NCBI GenBank assembly: GCA_049999805.1
Contig: JBNGIO010006294.1
Coordinates: 201,108 to 265,107 of the forward strand
Source of the DNA: Folioceros fuciformis
Lineage: Eukaryota
Length of the DNA stretch: 64,000 bases
Direction of reading: 5' to 3'
A model generated the notes under the pieces. That model was not told the origin of the DNA and did not search any database. It saw only the letters and a list, made by a program, of their open reading frames with translations. A program made the position numbers and the translations under genes. Of this stretch, positions 13,649-25,897 are shown piece after piece (the stretch's first letter is position 1; each line of letters begins with the position of its first letter).

Positions 13649-16279
13649 TCATCGCAATGTGCGCTGTGTGTCCTTGAGCACCTCCTCCATTTGCAGCTGA
13701 TCGCTGACCTTCAACAGCACGTCGCACAGTTGTGCATACTCAGGGTGTTGGCAGTCTCCTATTGCGAAATAGTGGACTTCTTGCTCGTACTCAATCCAAC
13801 TTTGTCCAGGCTTCTTCCAGGCACCTTCTTTCTGCCTCAAATTTTGCACCTCCTTCGCGTGCTCCAACAGTCCAGCATCAGCATAAATGTGAGCCATCAT
13901 CACATACGCGGATGGATGCTGCGGCTTCAGGTGCACTGCGCACTCAAAGGCATGCTCTCCCATCTCCACATTGCCATGATTTCGACAGGCGCCCAGCAGA
14001 CACAGCCACATGGCCAGGTCAGGCTGCATTTTCATTGTCGACAAGAGATTCTTGACCCTCGAGAAGCATCCGGCTCTCCCAAACAAGTCTATCATGCTCA
14101 CATAATGCTCGATCTCTGGAGCAATGCAAAAATCTTTGCTCATAGATTCAAAGTACTCTACACCTTTGTGAACTAGTCCAGCGTGGCTGCACGCGGAAAG
14201 CAGTGACAGGAATGTGACCTCATCCGGAGTGACATCCGCCAGCCTCATTTTCCCGTAACATTCTATGGCTTCTTCAGCACAGCCATGCTGAGCATATCCA
14301 CCAATCAAGGCTGTCCAAGTAACCACATCTCTTTTTTGCATCTCATCAAAGACACTGCAGGCATCCTGTAGACTTCCGCATTTTGCATACATGTCCACCA
14401 GGCAGTTGCCGATGATTAGATCACCTTCCCAGCCTCGGTCCTGAATCTGAGAGTGAAGCTGCTTCCCCTGGTGTAACGCTCCAACACTTGCACATGCTTT
14501 CAACAAGCAAATGTAAGTGACGTGATCAGGGGGAGTGAGGTCCTCCTGTAGCATTCTTTCATACAGAGAAAGGGCTTCTCGCCCGAGCCCATGCTCAGCA
14601 TATCCAGCAATCATCGCAGTCCATGTTACCGCATCTTTTGTAGCCAGACCATCGAACGCACTACGAGCATCTTCTATGCTGCCACACTTTGCAAACATGT
14701 CCACCAGACAAATGCCAATAACCACGTCAGCTTCAAATCCTCGAACCTTAACTTCACGCTGCAGTTGTTTACCGATCTCTACAGCCCTGACATGGGCACA
14801 TGCTTTCAAAAGGCTGGCAAATGTAATAGTGTCAGGGAGGACAACAACATCCTGTTTCATAACAGCATAGAGATTGAGGGCTTCTTCACCAAGACCATGC
14901 TGGACGTATCCTGCAAGCAACACATTCCATGTCACCACATCTCTTGCAGGCAAATTATCAAAAGCCTTGCGAGCCTCCTCCACACTACCACATTTTGCGT
15001 ACATGTCTACCAGGCAGCTCCCAACAACCAAGTCTGCTTCCAACCCTCGCTCCTGTATTGTGGAATGAAGCCTCCTGCCCTCTCTAAGGGCTCCAATGCT
15101 TGAACAAGATTTCAACAGGCACACGAATGTTACGTTGTTGGGTTCTGTGATCGCCTCTTGTTGCATTGTTGCGTACAAGGCAAGAGCCTCCTGACCAAGC
15201 CCATGCTGGGCATATCCTGCGATCATCGAAGTCCATGAGGCAACGTCCCTTGTGGACAATCTATCAAACACCTGACGCGCATCCCCTAACTTGCCACATT
15301 TGGCAAACATGTCCACCAGGGAATTGCCAATAAATACGTCACCCTCGAGTCCTAGGTCCTGTATATGTGCATAAAGCTGCTTCCCCTGATGCAAAGCTCC
15401 CATACTGGCACATGCTCTCAGCAGGCAGATAAATGTAACATGATCAGCTGGCAGAAGGCCATCCTCTTGTCGCATCCTAACGTAGAGATTAAGCGCTTCC
15501 TGACCCAAACCGTGCTCCACATAACCTGTAATCAAAGCGTTCCACGACACAATATTTCTGACGGGCATGGAGTCGAATAATCTTCGAGCGTCCTCCAAGC
15601 TTCCGCATTTTGCATAGCCCGCAATCATGGCAGTCCATGTGACGACATCTCTTGCCGGCATCGCATCAAATACGCCGCGGGCATCCCCCAAGCTGCCACA
15701 TTTGGCATACATATCCAACAGGGAATTACCAACAAAGATATCAGGCTGAACTGCACTCCTCAAAACATCAGCATGGACCTGCTTGCCTGATGCCAAGTCT
15801 GCAGCGCTAGCACAGGCATTCAGCACTGCCACAAATACATGGCTATCCGGCTGGACACGAGACTCTTGCATCCGTCGATATAGACTCATGACCTCCCCAG
15901 GCTGTCCATGTTCAGCGTGTGCCCAGATAATAGAAAACCAATTGAAACCGTTGGGTGCATCTAATTTGTGAAACACCTGCAATGCTTCATCCAACCTGCC
16001 ATGACAAGCATGCATGCGGATGATGTGGTTGGCCACGAACGTGTTACAGTCATACCCACCCCTTGACGCGAGAAGATGAGCACGCCTCCCAGCGACCACA
16101 TCCTTTTGCGCCATGCACCATTTAAGCAGACAGTAAAGGTGAGCAGCAGAAACATAAGCTCCCTTCTCCACGAAACGGTCCAAGGCGTCGATGGCCTCGT
16201 TGAGGTCTCCATTCGCTGCCTCCCTGGATGGAGCCAAACTGCAGAATAGTCTCCGTATGCTGTACAGGCCCGCTCGCAT
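13649..16279 (-). CDS. PLS-class pentatricopeptide repeat protein with E/E+ extension and no DYW; intronless; putative organellar RNA-editing factor
   Basis: Repeated P-L-S motifs (VVTWTAMIAGYA, TFVCLLKAC, LVDMYAKCG), E domain (HYVSMIDLFGRAG..WLCLLGAC), PG box KKPGQSWIE and E+ (HYFAIGD..HP), then stop. First ATG at 16279. Confidence 0.95.
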   Translation of the reverse strand: MRAGLYSIRRLFCSLAPSREAANGDLNEAIDALDRFVEKGAYVSAAHLYCLLKWCMAQKDVVAGRRAHLLASRGGYDCNTFVANHIIRMHACHGRLDEALQVFHKLDAPNGFNWFSIIWAHAEHGQPGEVMSLYRRMQESRVQPDSHVFVAVLNACASAADLASGKQVHADVLRSAVQPDIFVGNSLLDMYAKCGSLGDARGVFDAMPARDVVTWTAMIAGYAKCGSLEDARRLFDSMPVRNIVSWNALITGYVEHGLGQEALNLYVRMRQEDGLLPADHVTFICLLRACASMGALHQGKQLYAHIQDLGLEGDVFIGNSLVDMFAKCGKLGDARQVFDRLSTRDVASWTSMIAGYAQHGLGQEALALYATMQQEAITEPNNVTFVCLLKSCSSIGALREGRRLHSTIQERGLEADLVVGSCLVDMYAKCGSVEEARKAFDNLPARDVVTWNVLLAGYVQHGLGEEALNLYAVMKQDVVVLPDTITFASLLKACAHVRAVEIGKQLQREVKVRGFEADVVIGICLVDMFAKCGSIEDARSAFDGLATKDAVTWTAMIAGYAEHGLGREALSLYERMLQEDLTPPDHVTYICLLKACASVGALHQGKQLHSQIQDRGWEGDLIIGNCLVDMYAKCGSLQDACSVFDEMQKRDVVTWTALIGGYAQHGCAEEAIECYGKMRLADVTPDEVTFLSLLSACSHAGLVHKGVEYFESMSKDFCIAPEIEHYVSMIDLFGRAGCFSRVKNLLSTMKMQPDLAMWLCLLGACRNHGNVEMGEHAFECAVHLKPQHPSAYVMMAHIYADAGLLEHAKEVQNLRQKEGAWKKPGQSWIEYEQEVHYFAIGDCQHPEYAQLCDVLLKVSDQLQMEEVLKDTQRTLR

Positions 16280-17160
16280 AGCGGGCGAAGAAACCGCAAT
16301 GGAGTGCAGATACCCAGGCCCTAGCAGCTTCTCACCATCTTTACTTGCACGAACAGGATTTTGGATATACAAGGTGCATCTCTAGGTAGAACGGTCCCGT
16401 AGGTTGCACTTACGGGTCTGGAACTACGGAAAACGTTATAATTTTTTCACGTTCGTAAAAAGGGTGGACACATGCAAGCACGTGGACATGCTAAAGCGGA
16501 CATTCTGTCGGTACTAGAATTTTATTTATTTTTCTTGGGTATCTACCAGCATATATGCTTTTGATTCCCCGTGTTCCATCTAATTTGGCAAACCAATCAA
16601 ACCGGTCCTTGCACCGAAAAGGACACACCGTTTGCACGAGCCAGGCATAGTAGGAGGAAAAACGGCCTAGCCTTACTCTTTTCAGTTCCTCACTTCCACA
16701 GGGACACTACAATCTCGCACGAAAGCGCTTTCATGTCTACTTTATGTGGTAGCGGAGAGCATCTAACTAGCATATGCTCTAGGTTTTAGGGTCGAGGCCA
16801 CGCCCACGTCTAAGATTTGCCTAGCTCTCCATGAATCCTTTGCTCTTGTGTGCATTTGCGAAGCTGTTCCACCTCCACCTCATTGCTGGCCAGCGAAGGA
16901 TGTTGTTTGCACAATCCCGAACGTAGTGAGGGCCACATGTTGGAGAGAAGACGACACCAGTGGGACGCTTGGCCATTTGTGTTGATCTCAGCCTCCATCC
17001 CCCCCCTCCCGCCTCTTTCATTCCATGTAGAACTGAATGTTTGCTACTCGCTATGCACGCAAACTATTATGGCCAGCTTTAGCAACCTAGTATTATGTGG
17101 CACAAGTTTTGTGCAAGGTCTCTAGGGGTCGTGCAAGCCCAAATCCCTCCATTGTAAGCT

Positions 17161-17281
17161 AAAAAGCGGCTACTTGCCAAATAGGTGCCAATTTGTGGTG
17201 TGCTGTGCAATTGTGGGAGCTGAAAAGCAGCTACTTGCCAAACATTTACCAATTTGTGGTATGTTGTGCAATTGTGGGAGC
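17161..17281. repeat. Imperfect ~61-bp tandem duplication
   Basis: Two copies of aaaagcrgctacttgccaaa...ccaatttgtggtrtgytgtgcaattgtgggagc. Confidence 0.75.
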
Positions 17282-17922
17282 GCATTTGGAGGTTCCTAGC
17301 ATCTTTCGACAAGTTTATCCACACACGCTTGGGGCTGCAACATGCGTAGGTTGGTGGGGTCAGTCCACCTATTGAGTTGCATGGTCTAGCAGCCACCTCA
17401 TCTCACGGCCATTGCATCTTGCCATTGCTTGGAAGGGGAGGTGAGCACATGCAAGTGAAGGAAGAGGTGACGGCCGGCAATCAATGGCCAAGATCAGAGG
17501 TGATGCGCGCCAACATCTCCAATCGTAAAAGATGGTTATTGTAGGAGGACAGCTGCATTGGGGGGTGTCAAGGAAAGGTGAGGGAAGAGGAAGGAAGGCT
17601 TGCAACGTCATGAGGGTCACACATGTGGAGTGGATGCTGGGAGGATGGAACTCGAACGAGAGTGGGAAAATGTAGGGGGAAACATTGGGGGGAGCTACTT
17701 GATGTAACCAAAACGGAAGTGGATGGGCAACATGGGGCTGGTGAGACATGCAAGGCAAGGAGCTTTGAGTTGCCCTATGCTGTTGTGCCACTAGATTTAG
17801 GGTGGGTTTTATTCAGCATTGAGTTGCCTCATTCAGCTTGTGTGCTGACCTAGAATTTTGTAGTTGGAATCTGCTAACGTATTCAACTTCTTGCCTCAAC
17901 ATTCCCATAAGGAAAGCAACCG

Positions 17923-18056
17923 CTTAAAGCCATTGTTCAAATCATCATTCACTTAAAGCCATTGTTCAANNNNNNNNNNTCAAATCATCATTCACTTAAA
18001 GCCATTGTTCAAATCATCATTCACTTGAAGCCATTGTTCAAATCATCATTCACTTA
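17923..18056. repeat. 29-bp minisatellite interrupted by an N gap
   Basis: Repeated cttaaagccattgttcaaatcatcattca, at least 4 copies. Confidence 0.9.
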
Positions 18057-18583
18057 GTGGAGGGCTACAGATGGTAGAAACTTGCCACTAGCTAATAGCT
18101 CAAATGGATTTCAACTGGTATAACAATTGTGACACAAGTAGGACAACATAAACTAAAAGTAGGTTGAATTTCCATATACCTGCAATTGGTTGACCTCCTT
18201 GACCAACTTATCCAACTATAGTTAATCACTCACTGGCTATTGTGCTAAGAATATGGATATGGTTGCACCTAGCACCTTAGCAATATATACCTTAGTTGGT
18301 GTGCACTCAAGTAAGTGTGTATCACACTAACTCAAGTCTGGCAAACCCGATAAGTTTAATGTTTGTGAAGATGATAACCATTCAGTGATGTGCGTTCTAT
18401 GAGAATGACTCAAGTGCTTGAAATGTTTGACATGCACTATTTTGGGCATCGAATCTTGCAACATTAAAAAGACTTTTAACTAGTACTCACACATAAACTC
18501 ATATGCAACATGAGCACATGTGCAAGAGCCTCACACACTACCAGCACCATTAACTCTAAACACATGTCTCTTCTTCCCAACAC

Positions 18584-20509
18584 ATGGGTTGGTACCCTGG
18601 CTGGATTGATGACATGGGGGCATATGTCACTGCTCCTTCATGCAAAAAGTCTACAAAAAAACTTCAGGCTATGTCTCGTGTGGCATCGGAGTGGGCCTCC
18701 ACGCACCTTGTGGAGTTCGATTCTAACAAGTTTGAACTTATTCATTTTTCCCTGAAGCGTAAGGAATCAACAAAGGAATGTACTCTTTCGTTACCTGATG
18801 GTTCCCTTATCACTCCCTCCGAGTGTATTAGGTTTTTGGGCTTCTACTTGGATTCCAAGTTAACTTGGAACACGCATGTTCATCAGGTTTCGGCTTCCGC
18901 AATGCGTACTTTGTCAGCTATAATCTCTCTTGGGAATTTAGTTTGGGGCCTCAATGCCAAGCTTCTTCGACACTTATACATCAATGTTGTCCTGCCCAAG
19001 CTCGATTACGGCTGCAATGTCTGGTTCAACGGAGGTCGTACACACATTCAACACCTCGAACGGGTCCAACGTCTAGCCTGTAGGGCCATTACTGGTGCGT
19101 TTCGAACTACCTCCACTGATGCCCTGGAATTTGAAGCTTTTCTTCTGCCCACGGAGTTGCGCCTCCAACGCCATTCTTTCCGTTTTCTCCTCCGCAACGT
19201 CTCCTACCCTCCCTCTCACCCCATCCATCAAGTCTTTCTTCCTACGACTAACTACAAAAAACGCTCCCACAATGCTATCCGCAGTCGCCTCACACTCCTT
19301 TCCCCTAGTACTCTGTACTCCGCTTTAGAATTGCCTACCTCCACTGTCATTGAGACTATTTTTTCTCGACTCGTGCCTCCCTGGGCCTCTCCTCTTTCTT
19401 TACCCACAACCATCGTAATTTTACAATCTCCCAATTCTGCTATTGCCTCACATTCCCTACATCTTTTGACTCCTAATACCTTTGCCATTTACATTGATGG
19501 TTCTCTTCTGAATGGTCATGCCGGGGGCGCGGCTATTTTCTACTTCAAAGGGGATATTGTCCATCAATTATCTTTTGGTTTAGAACACTACGGGGTTTAT
19601 GAGGCAGAACTCCTCTTTGTGGTCACAGCAATTTCATGCTTGCCCACCCTCTTTGCTTCCATCCCCAGGATTTCGTCAGTTGCAATTTTCCTTGATAATC
19701 AAGCAGCTATAATGTCTTTAACGGACACTTTGGCTCGCCCAGCCCAAGCCATATCTCTCCAGGCTAGAACATCTCTCCATGCCTTCTCGGTAGCTGATCC
19801 AGAGGTTTCCCTTAATCTCCACTGGATTTCGGGCCATCATAATATTGTTGGTAATGAGCATGCAGATGTAACCGCCAAGGCTGCCACTCTTCTTCCCATT
19901 TCCCGCGAAGACCGGATTCTATCAGTGTCCAGAGCTCGCCAACAAATTCATGCTGCAAGTCTACAGGAGTGGCGTTTACGGTGGGTTTCCTCAACTAAGG
20001 CTTCTGCGCTTAAGAGGGTAGTGCTTGGTGGCCCTTCGGCCTCGGTGCTACAACATCTTGGTCTCCATGACCGTAAGCTCTCATCATTTCTCACCTAGCT
20101 TCGAATTGGGCATATGGCTATTGGGGCTTACTATAAGAGATTCAACATTGAAGAGGATCCATTTTGTCGGAAATGCAGGTCTTCATAAGAAACTCGGCAC
20201 CACATCCTTGGCCAGTGTATGGCCACTCGCAACACTTGGATCCAGATGTTTCAAGGCTCTTACTACAATATCCGCCAACTTCTTAGTGTTCCCAAACTCA
20301 GGGAAAAACTTCTCTCTTACTTCAAGGCGATTGACGATTACTTAACTTAGGCTTATTGACATAGCTATCTAGTTTTGCTATTTTGTTTGCTCTAATCCTC
20401 TTTCTTTTGCGCTTTTCTAAAGTGTCCATTCAATCATGTTTTTGATTCACGTTCCGCCATCATAGCCTCACGGCTGCATACGCCTAATGATAAATAAAAA
20501 AATAAAAAA
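18584..20509 (+). mobile_element. 5'-truncated non-LTR retrotransposon (C-terminal RT, RNase H, Cys/His motif, 3'UTR, A-rich tail), degenerate
   Basis: RT motifs WIDD, KFELIHF, IRFLGFYLDSKLTWNTH and ACRAITGAFRT. RNase H motifs IYIDGS, YEAEL, IFLDNQAAI and LHWISGH..GNEHAD. After an in-frame TAG at 20096 the frame continues LRIGH..CRKC..ETRHHILGQC. Tail taaataaaaaaataaaaaa at ~20491-20509. Confidence 0.92.
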
Positions 20510-21599
20510 TGGGATGTACTAGTATTTGTGACTAACAATTTCACATGGATAGGAAATTGTCTGCTTTTATAGAAGCATGTTGTACTTATTGTTCTAATTT
20601 GGTGTTTCGAGTGATAGCATTATCCTTGCAATATGCTTGAAATAGTTGGTTTACTTTTGCAGTCAAATATGGTAATAACCAATCCTGCCTTCGACTTTTC
20701 AATCGCTTCTTAGTCAAAGAAGCTATGGCTTTTAAGTGACTATGATATGGCTCTATACTTGAATTAAAATTCTATGAAATGTATGACACAATTCACATTG
20801 CTACCAACAACATAACAATAATAAGATCCTATTCCTTTCGAAAATAATTGATAAATAATGGTGCAATTGTGTGAAACTCCATATACAAATTGGTAAAGGC
20901 AGCTCATCTTTTTTGTATGCTGCAATTAGTATATATAATATATGGAAAAGCCTTATACAGTCGTTTCCTCACTTCTAGATCACGTACCTTTTGCAAAAGA
21001 TGTCTATACCAGCATATGCTAACATGCCACAAACATCCATACACTAGCATACTCTCTCCAAAAGCTATTTGAATAGCGTTTATTTGCGCTTGGTAATCAT
21101 CAATAAGAAAGAAAGGAAGGAGTCCAAGTAAGGTGCTTCAATAACATGTGGATCCAAAGTGCATGTAACAACTTTTAAATTACTATCTCACTAAGATGGA
21201 AAAAAGTTGTTGATGTAAAACCAAAAGAACACTAAAGTTAGAAAACTTCTATATTGTGACCTTAAACTATAATGTCACGTGCCACTTACTCACTTTTTGT
21301 TTGTTGGACCAAGAGGTTGCATTTATAGATAATGAATTATTTATCCCTCATTTGACAAGCATCTCCTCTTGAAAAGATGACTGCATTCTTAAGGAAAAGA
21401 TAGAATGTTCTTCCTAGAAGTGAAATACAACGCCATGGTGCATAGCAATCCACAAACGGAAACTATCCTCCTTACAAGCGGCCAAGGCGTAGAAGTGAGC
21501 ACTTGCTTGTCTTGCATTATTGTCAACATCCTTTCCAATGAGACATTCTTCTCGTGAAGGCATGAGTGTAGCTGACATGTGCTCATCAATCAAATAGCA

Positions 21600-22173
21600 A
21601 TAATCTCTTCATAGACTTTGAGAATTTGGGCTCTTGGAACCTTACAAAACACCCTATAATTCACCCAATTCCAAATATCCTTTGATAGGTGAGGAGACAA
21701 GTCAGTTGGGTTCTTACATGGTCAATTATGACAAAATTGGCCATTACTATCCATAAGGGAGCCTACAAAAATCTTAATTTCAACAACGCAAGGTCACATT
21801 AGAAGCTGCCGTACCTCAAAATTATATTGACACCCCCTTTTGATGTTGTCCCCATGTTTCACCTTTGATTGTTTGTTACCCACGTCGGTCTTTGGATTGT
21901 TGACAAGCTCTATAAACACTTCTTCCCCTTTTAGACACTTGTCTTCACAACCATATGCACAAAAATGCTTCTGTAAGCTCATGTGTGCAGGGCATGACAA
22001 AATGGAGATGCTTTGTTCATAGGGGTGTGAGGAGTGTAACGTTGAATGTGCAGATTTGTCAAGAAGCCTTCCAAGGTTTCCTCCCCTTTCACAAAATCAA
22101 CAACTCTCTCAAAAGGAATGAAAGCAACTTGCACATTCCTACAATGACTACCATATATATGTTGCTCAAGCAT
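21600..22173 (-). pseudogene. Decayed N-terminal part of a SWIM/MULE transposase-related gene (At4g13970/At1g60560-like)
   Basis: Frameshifted fragments VAFIPFERVVDFVKGEE, FCAYGCED, IKRGCQYNFEVRQL and NGQFCHN..LSPHLSKD are colinear with the recalled family N-terminus. Stops and frameshifts present. Confidence 0.6.
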
Positions 22174-23617
22174 CCATAGATGTGAGTTCTTGTTGTGTGA
22201 AGGGGCCTACCTAAGGTTGTGAGAGTGCCTAGATGGTAGGCCAGGGAAATGTATAAGAGGATGACACATTGGTATTGCACAACAAAGGAATATGCTATAC
22301 AAGTGAACGGCAGACTAGGGTCAAAAATGAGCACAAGGAAATGTAGAGGGGGAGAATTTATGGATTGCATGCATACCTCACATTCTCTACCATTCCTAGG
22401 ATGTGGAATTTCATGCAAAATTCCACTGCAAAATTCCACTTCAAACAGATCACTAGATATTTAGATACTTTTCAGAGGTAAGTTTTCCATCTTCGGCACA
22501 CACCTGCCCTTTGAGTAGCTGTCTAATGAGTCTCCATCCCATGCATTCTTTCTTGCACTCTATTACAATGTCTGTGCTTGTCTATACCTGCTCCAGTGCA
22601 TGTATTCCTTAGCATCCATTTAGCTGTTCCTTAGCATCCATTTAGGTGGTGTATTCTAGATCCTCGCCAGGGGGTGTTCAACATCTCAGGATATGTTCAA
22701 TTAACTTAGGACAAGGTTCATTATGTATGACATTAACTAAGGGCACATTTCCGTACGCGTCGATACCAACCGGTGACCGGTCAGGAGCGAAACTAAACCA
22801 GGGACTCCTGGACCCCAGAAGGAAGGAGATTAATAAATTGAACATTTAATATACTAATAAAAAACCTAGGGGATTGTGACCCCCCCTGAATTCAGGCAAC
22901 TAAGTACTCGGGCTACATCCCATCAGGCCTGTACCAGGCAGCTCCTGAGAATGTTCATGACTGTGTTACCTCTGCACGTTGGACCTCCAACTTGGTCAAC
23001 ACCTGTTTCAAAGTATGTGCAACTTGGGACCCCCAGCTGTGTGGCCACAAGGTAGTACCAACGGTCCTGTACGTGCTGAAGACACGAGCAGCACTCACGA
23101 CTCGATTTTGTTTGGCCTCGCACTCCGCTTGGGCCCTGAGCCGGCTTTGCGGTGGATCGTGTTGTTCCCACCAACCTCTTCCTGACGACACTACCCCATC
23201 CGAGATCCTGGACATCATCCTTTCTGGCTCAAAACGGAGGGCGCGGTATGGAGGGACATTGGTGGACCAGGGCTGTGGAAGTCTCTGAAGGTGGAGGAGT
23301 TGATGCTCAGCTGCCCTCCTTGGGTGGGAGATCTGATCAACCTTGAAGAAGTTATTCCGCTTCTTTTTGGTTCTGACCTGGCTTGAGTGCAGACTTCCTT
23401 TCATCGTCTTCAGCTGCTCCGAAACCTCATGGAGATCCTGCCTGGAGTTCTGGTGGATTGGGAGCTTGTGTGGATGGCGTATTCTGCCAAGATGCCCGAA
23501 TTGGAAGTGTAGCTGCCTATCCACAGACAGAAGCATCTGGACACGACAGTGACAGGCATGAGAAGGAGTAATTAGGCAGCAGTGCGTTAACAATTGGCGA
23601 GCTTGCAGGCTGTGGGC

Positions 23618-25402
23618 ATGGCCGAATGGAGGAAGCGGAGGTTAAGAATCAAGACATTTCTAGGACTTCTGAAGGACCAATTGGAAAAAGGATTGGCATT
23701 CGCAACCAGTACCTTTGCAGGCATGCATATAGCAGTGCTCATGGCAACCAGCCATGAAGAGTGCCTCCCTGAGGAAAAGCATGTTCAAACTATCCTCTCA
23801 GCAGGGACGGGGTCCAGGGTACGAGTGGCCTTCAGCGTAAGGGCCCTGGTGAAGAGGTTGCAGAAGACAAGGAAATGGGCTGTGGCATTAAAGTGTCTCG
23901 TGGTCATCCATCGCACACTCCATGAAGGGGGGTTCCTGTTTCAAGATCATCTCGCTGCCCTTGCTAACGGTGGCCGTGACTTCCTCAACCTGTCCAATTT
24001 TAAGGACGACTCTGGACCTTTGGCTTGGGCACTTTCCTCCTGGGTGAGAAGGTATGCTCATTTTCTAGACGAGCGTCTGATCTGCTGCAAAGCAGTGGGC
24101 TCGTTTCTGGACATCAAAAGCCGCATGGGTCGACGGGTAGGGGAAAGGGTGCCTTACTTAGCAACAGAGGAGCTGTTGGAGGATATCTCCGCTCTACAGT
24201 CTCTCTTGAAGCAAGCTTTTGAATGTGAGGTAGATAGAATTGCGGCAGAAAATGAACTCATTTTGGAGGCTCTGAGGCTAGTGGTTCGAGATAGCTACCT
24301 TGTACAGGAGGAGATCAGCTATCGACTAAAAGAAATGATGGCAAGATTAGATGTCTTACGGCTTGCTGAGGCCCTGCAGCTCCTCCACGTCTGCAGGAAA
24401 GCTTCTGAGCAAACAGAGAGGCTGGTCGAATTCTGTGAACTATGCGAGGCTACTGGCATATCAGAGGCTTGCAGGATCCCTGAGAGGATTGAATTTTCAG
24501 ACCTGGATCTCCGGAAGGTGAATCAGGCCATCAAAGCAGCGTCGATACAGCCTTCAATGATATCCTTGCTCCGAGCTGAAACTCTAGGTAGACACACAGG
24601 TGCGACAGGGCGCTTTTCATTCAGCAGCGCTCCGGAGGCAGGTGTTCAGGGCTTGAGAAGATCTCGCTCGAATTCAGAAAGAAGGTCGGGCAGCGTTCGA
24701 GCTCAGTCATCCCCTGCTTCACAAATCAATGGGGTGTCAGTGACGGAAGTTGGAGACAAGCATGCAATTCAAGGCATGTTGGCTGAATTAGCATCTCCAA
24801 GAGGAGACTTGCAGCCTGGAGCAGTGGGATCGCTCCAGGGTCTACTACCCCCGATGCCTCCCCTGAATAGCTATCAAGGTTATGCTGTCCAACCGTCTCT
24901 TGGGGTCCCCTGTCGATCTTCGCAGCGTAATGGAGTGGGTGTGAATGATGTCAGAAACTCCCATATTCCTGTATTGCATGGTTCGACATCACTTTTGGCA
25001 GAAAAATCATCTGAAGGAACAGAATGGGAAAGCACACTCTTGGAATCTTTGAAGACCTTAGAGTGGACAACAGGTCCTTCACGTCTCTTAAGCTGGAGTG
25101 AAGGGGGAATTAGCTTTGCAGGTACATCAAATCTAAGCTCCACCACAGCGACCCACATCCAGCAAGATTCTAAGGGTGCCACCGAGAGCTTGGACATTCA
25201 GTCATCTATACCAGCTCCTCAATCTCAGGCAGGTCTAACTCGACGACATCATCGTTTGAGTCTGGAACATGATCTGGTTCAGGTGCAGCGTCCGCAACAG
25301 CCAGTAGCAGGACCTCTCCTCGCACCTCAACCACTGTATCCTGACTGTTTCGGATGCGTTCTTGTAAACGGCAATGGGTTGGCTGCTCCTTTGCCTAGAT
25401 GA
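23618..25402 (+). CDS. ANTH-domain clathrin assembly protein (PICALM-like), intronless
   Basis: LGLLKDQ, IAVLMATSHEECLPEEKHV, RLQKTRKWAVALKCLVVIHRTL, FLNLSNFKDDS..SSWVRRYAHFLDERL. C-terminal low-complexity region with WESTL. Confidence 0.92.
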   Translation: MAEWRKRRLRIKTFLGLLKDQLEKGLAFATSTFAGMHIAVLMATSHEECLPEEKHVQTILSAGTGSRVRVAFSVRALVKRLQKTRKWAVALKCLVVIHRTLHEGGFLFQDHLAALANGGRDFLNLSNFKDDSGPLAWALSSWVRRYAHFLDERLICCKAVGSFLDIKSRMGRRVGERVPYLATEELLEDISALQSLLKQAFECEVDRIAAENELILEALRLVVRDSYLVQEEISYRLKEMMARLDVLRLAEALQLLHVCRKASEQTERLVEFCELCEATGISEACRIPERIEFSDLDLRKVNQAIKAASIQPSMISLLRAETLGRHTGATGRFSFSSAPEAGVQGLRRSRSNSERRSGSVRAQSSPASQINGVSVTEVGDKHAIQGMLAELASPRGDLQPGAVGSLQGLLPPMPPLNSYQGYAVQPSLGVPCRSSQRNGVGVNDVRNSHIPVLHGSTSLLAEKSSEGTEWESTLLESLKTLEWTTGPSRLLSWSEGGISFAGTSNLSSTTATHIQQDSKGATESLDIQSSIPAPQSQAGLTRRHHRLSLEHDLVQVQRPQQPVAGPLLAPQPLYPDCFGCVLVNGNGLAAPLPR

Positions 25403-25654
25403 CATGCTATGTGACGCGGACAGTCTACTAACGACATCTAGCGTCGTAGTCGAGCGCTTTTCATTTTCTCCTGACAAGGTCAGAACTCCTGCCGAGGCTC
25501 CACAGGGCAGATTAGACTAGGGCTTGATCTCTACCCAAGCTTGTTCCTGATTTAAGCGAACATCAGGGCTTGGATCTAGGGCAACGGAAGTACTCCCGAA
25601 GAGAATCTGCATGGATCTCTCGGTGCCGGGGGCAGGTTGTAAACACCATTTATA

Positions 25655-25803
25655 AACATGCACTGTAACATTCCCTGTTCATAAGAACGCATTGTAACAT
25701 TCCCTGTTCATAAGAACGCATTGTAATATTCCCTGTTCATGAGAACGCACTGTAACACTCTGTTCATAAGAACGCATTGTAACATTCCCTGTTCATAAAA
25801 ACG
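25655..25803. repeat. ~30-bp minisatellite, 5 copies, between convergent 3' ends
   Basis: Repeated gcattgtaacattccctgttcataagaac. Confidence 0.92.
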
Positions 25804-25897
25804 CTGCAAAGGAGGAAACAAGTTTTCGGTAAGGAGCTGCAGGCAGCTCTGTTGCGACTAAGACTTTTGGAGAGTGGAGGAGTACCTGGCAATACTA

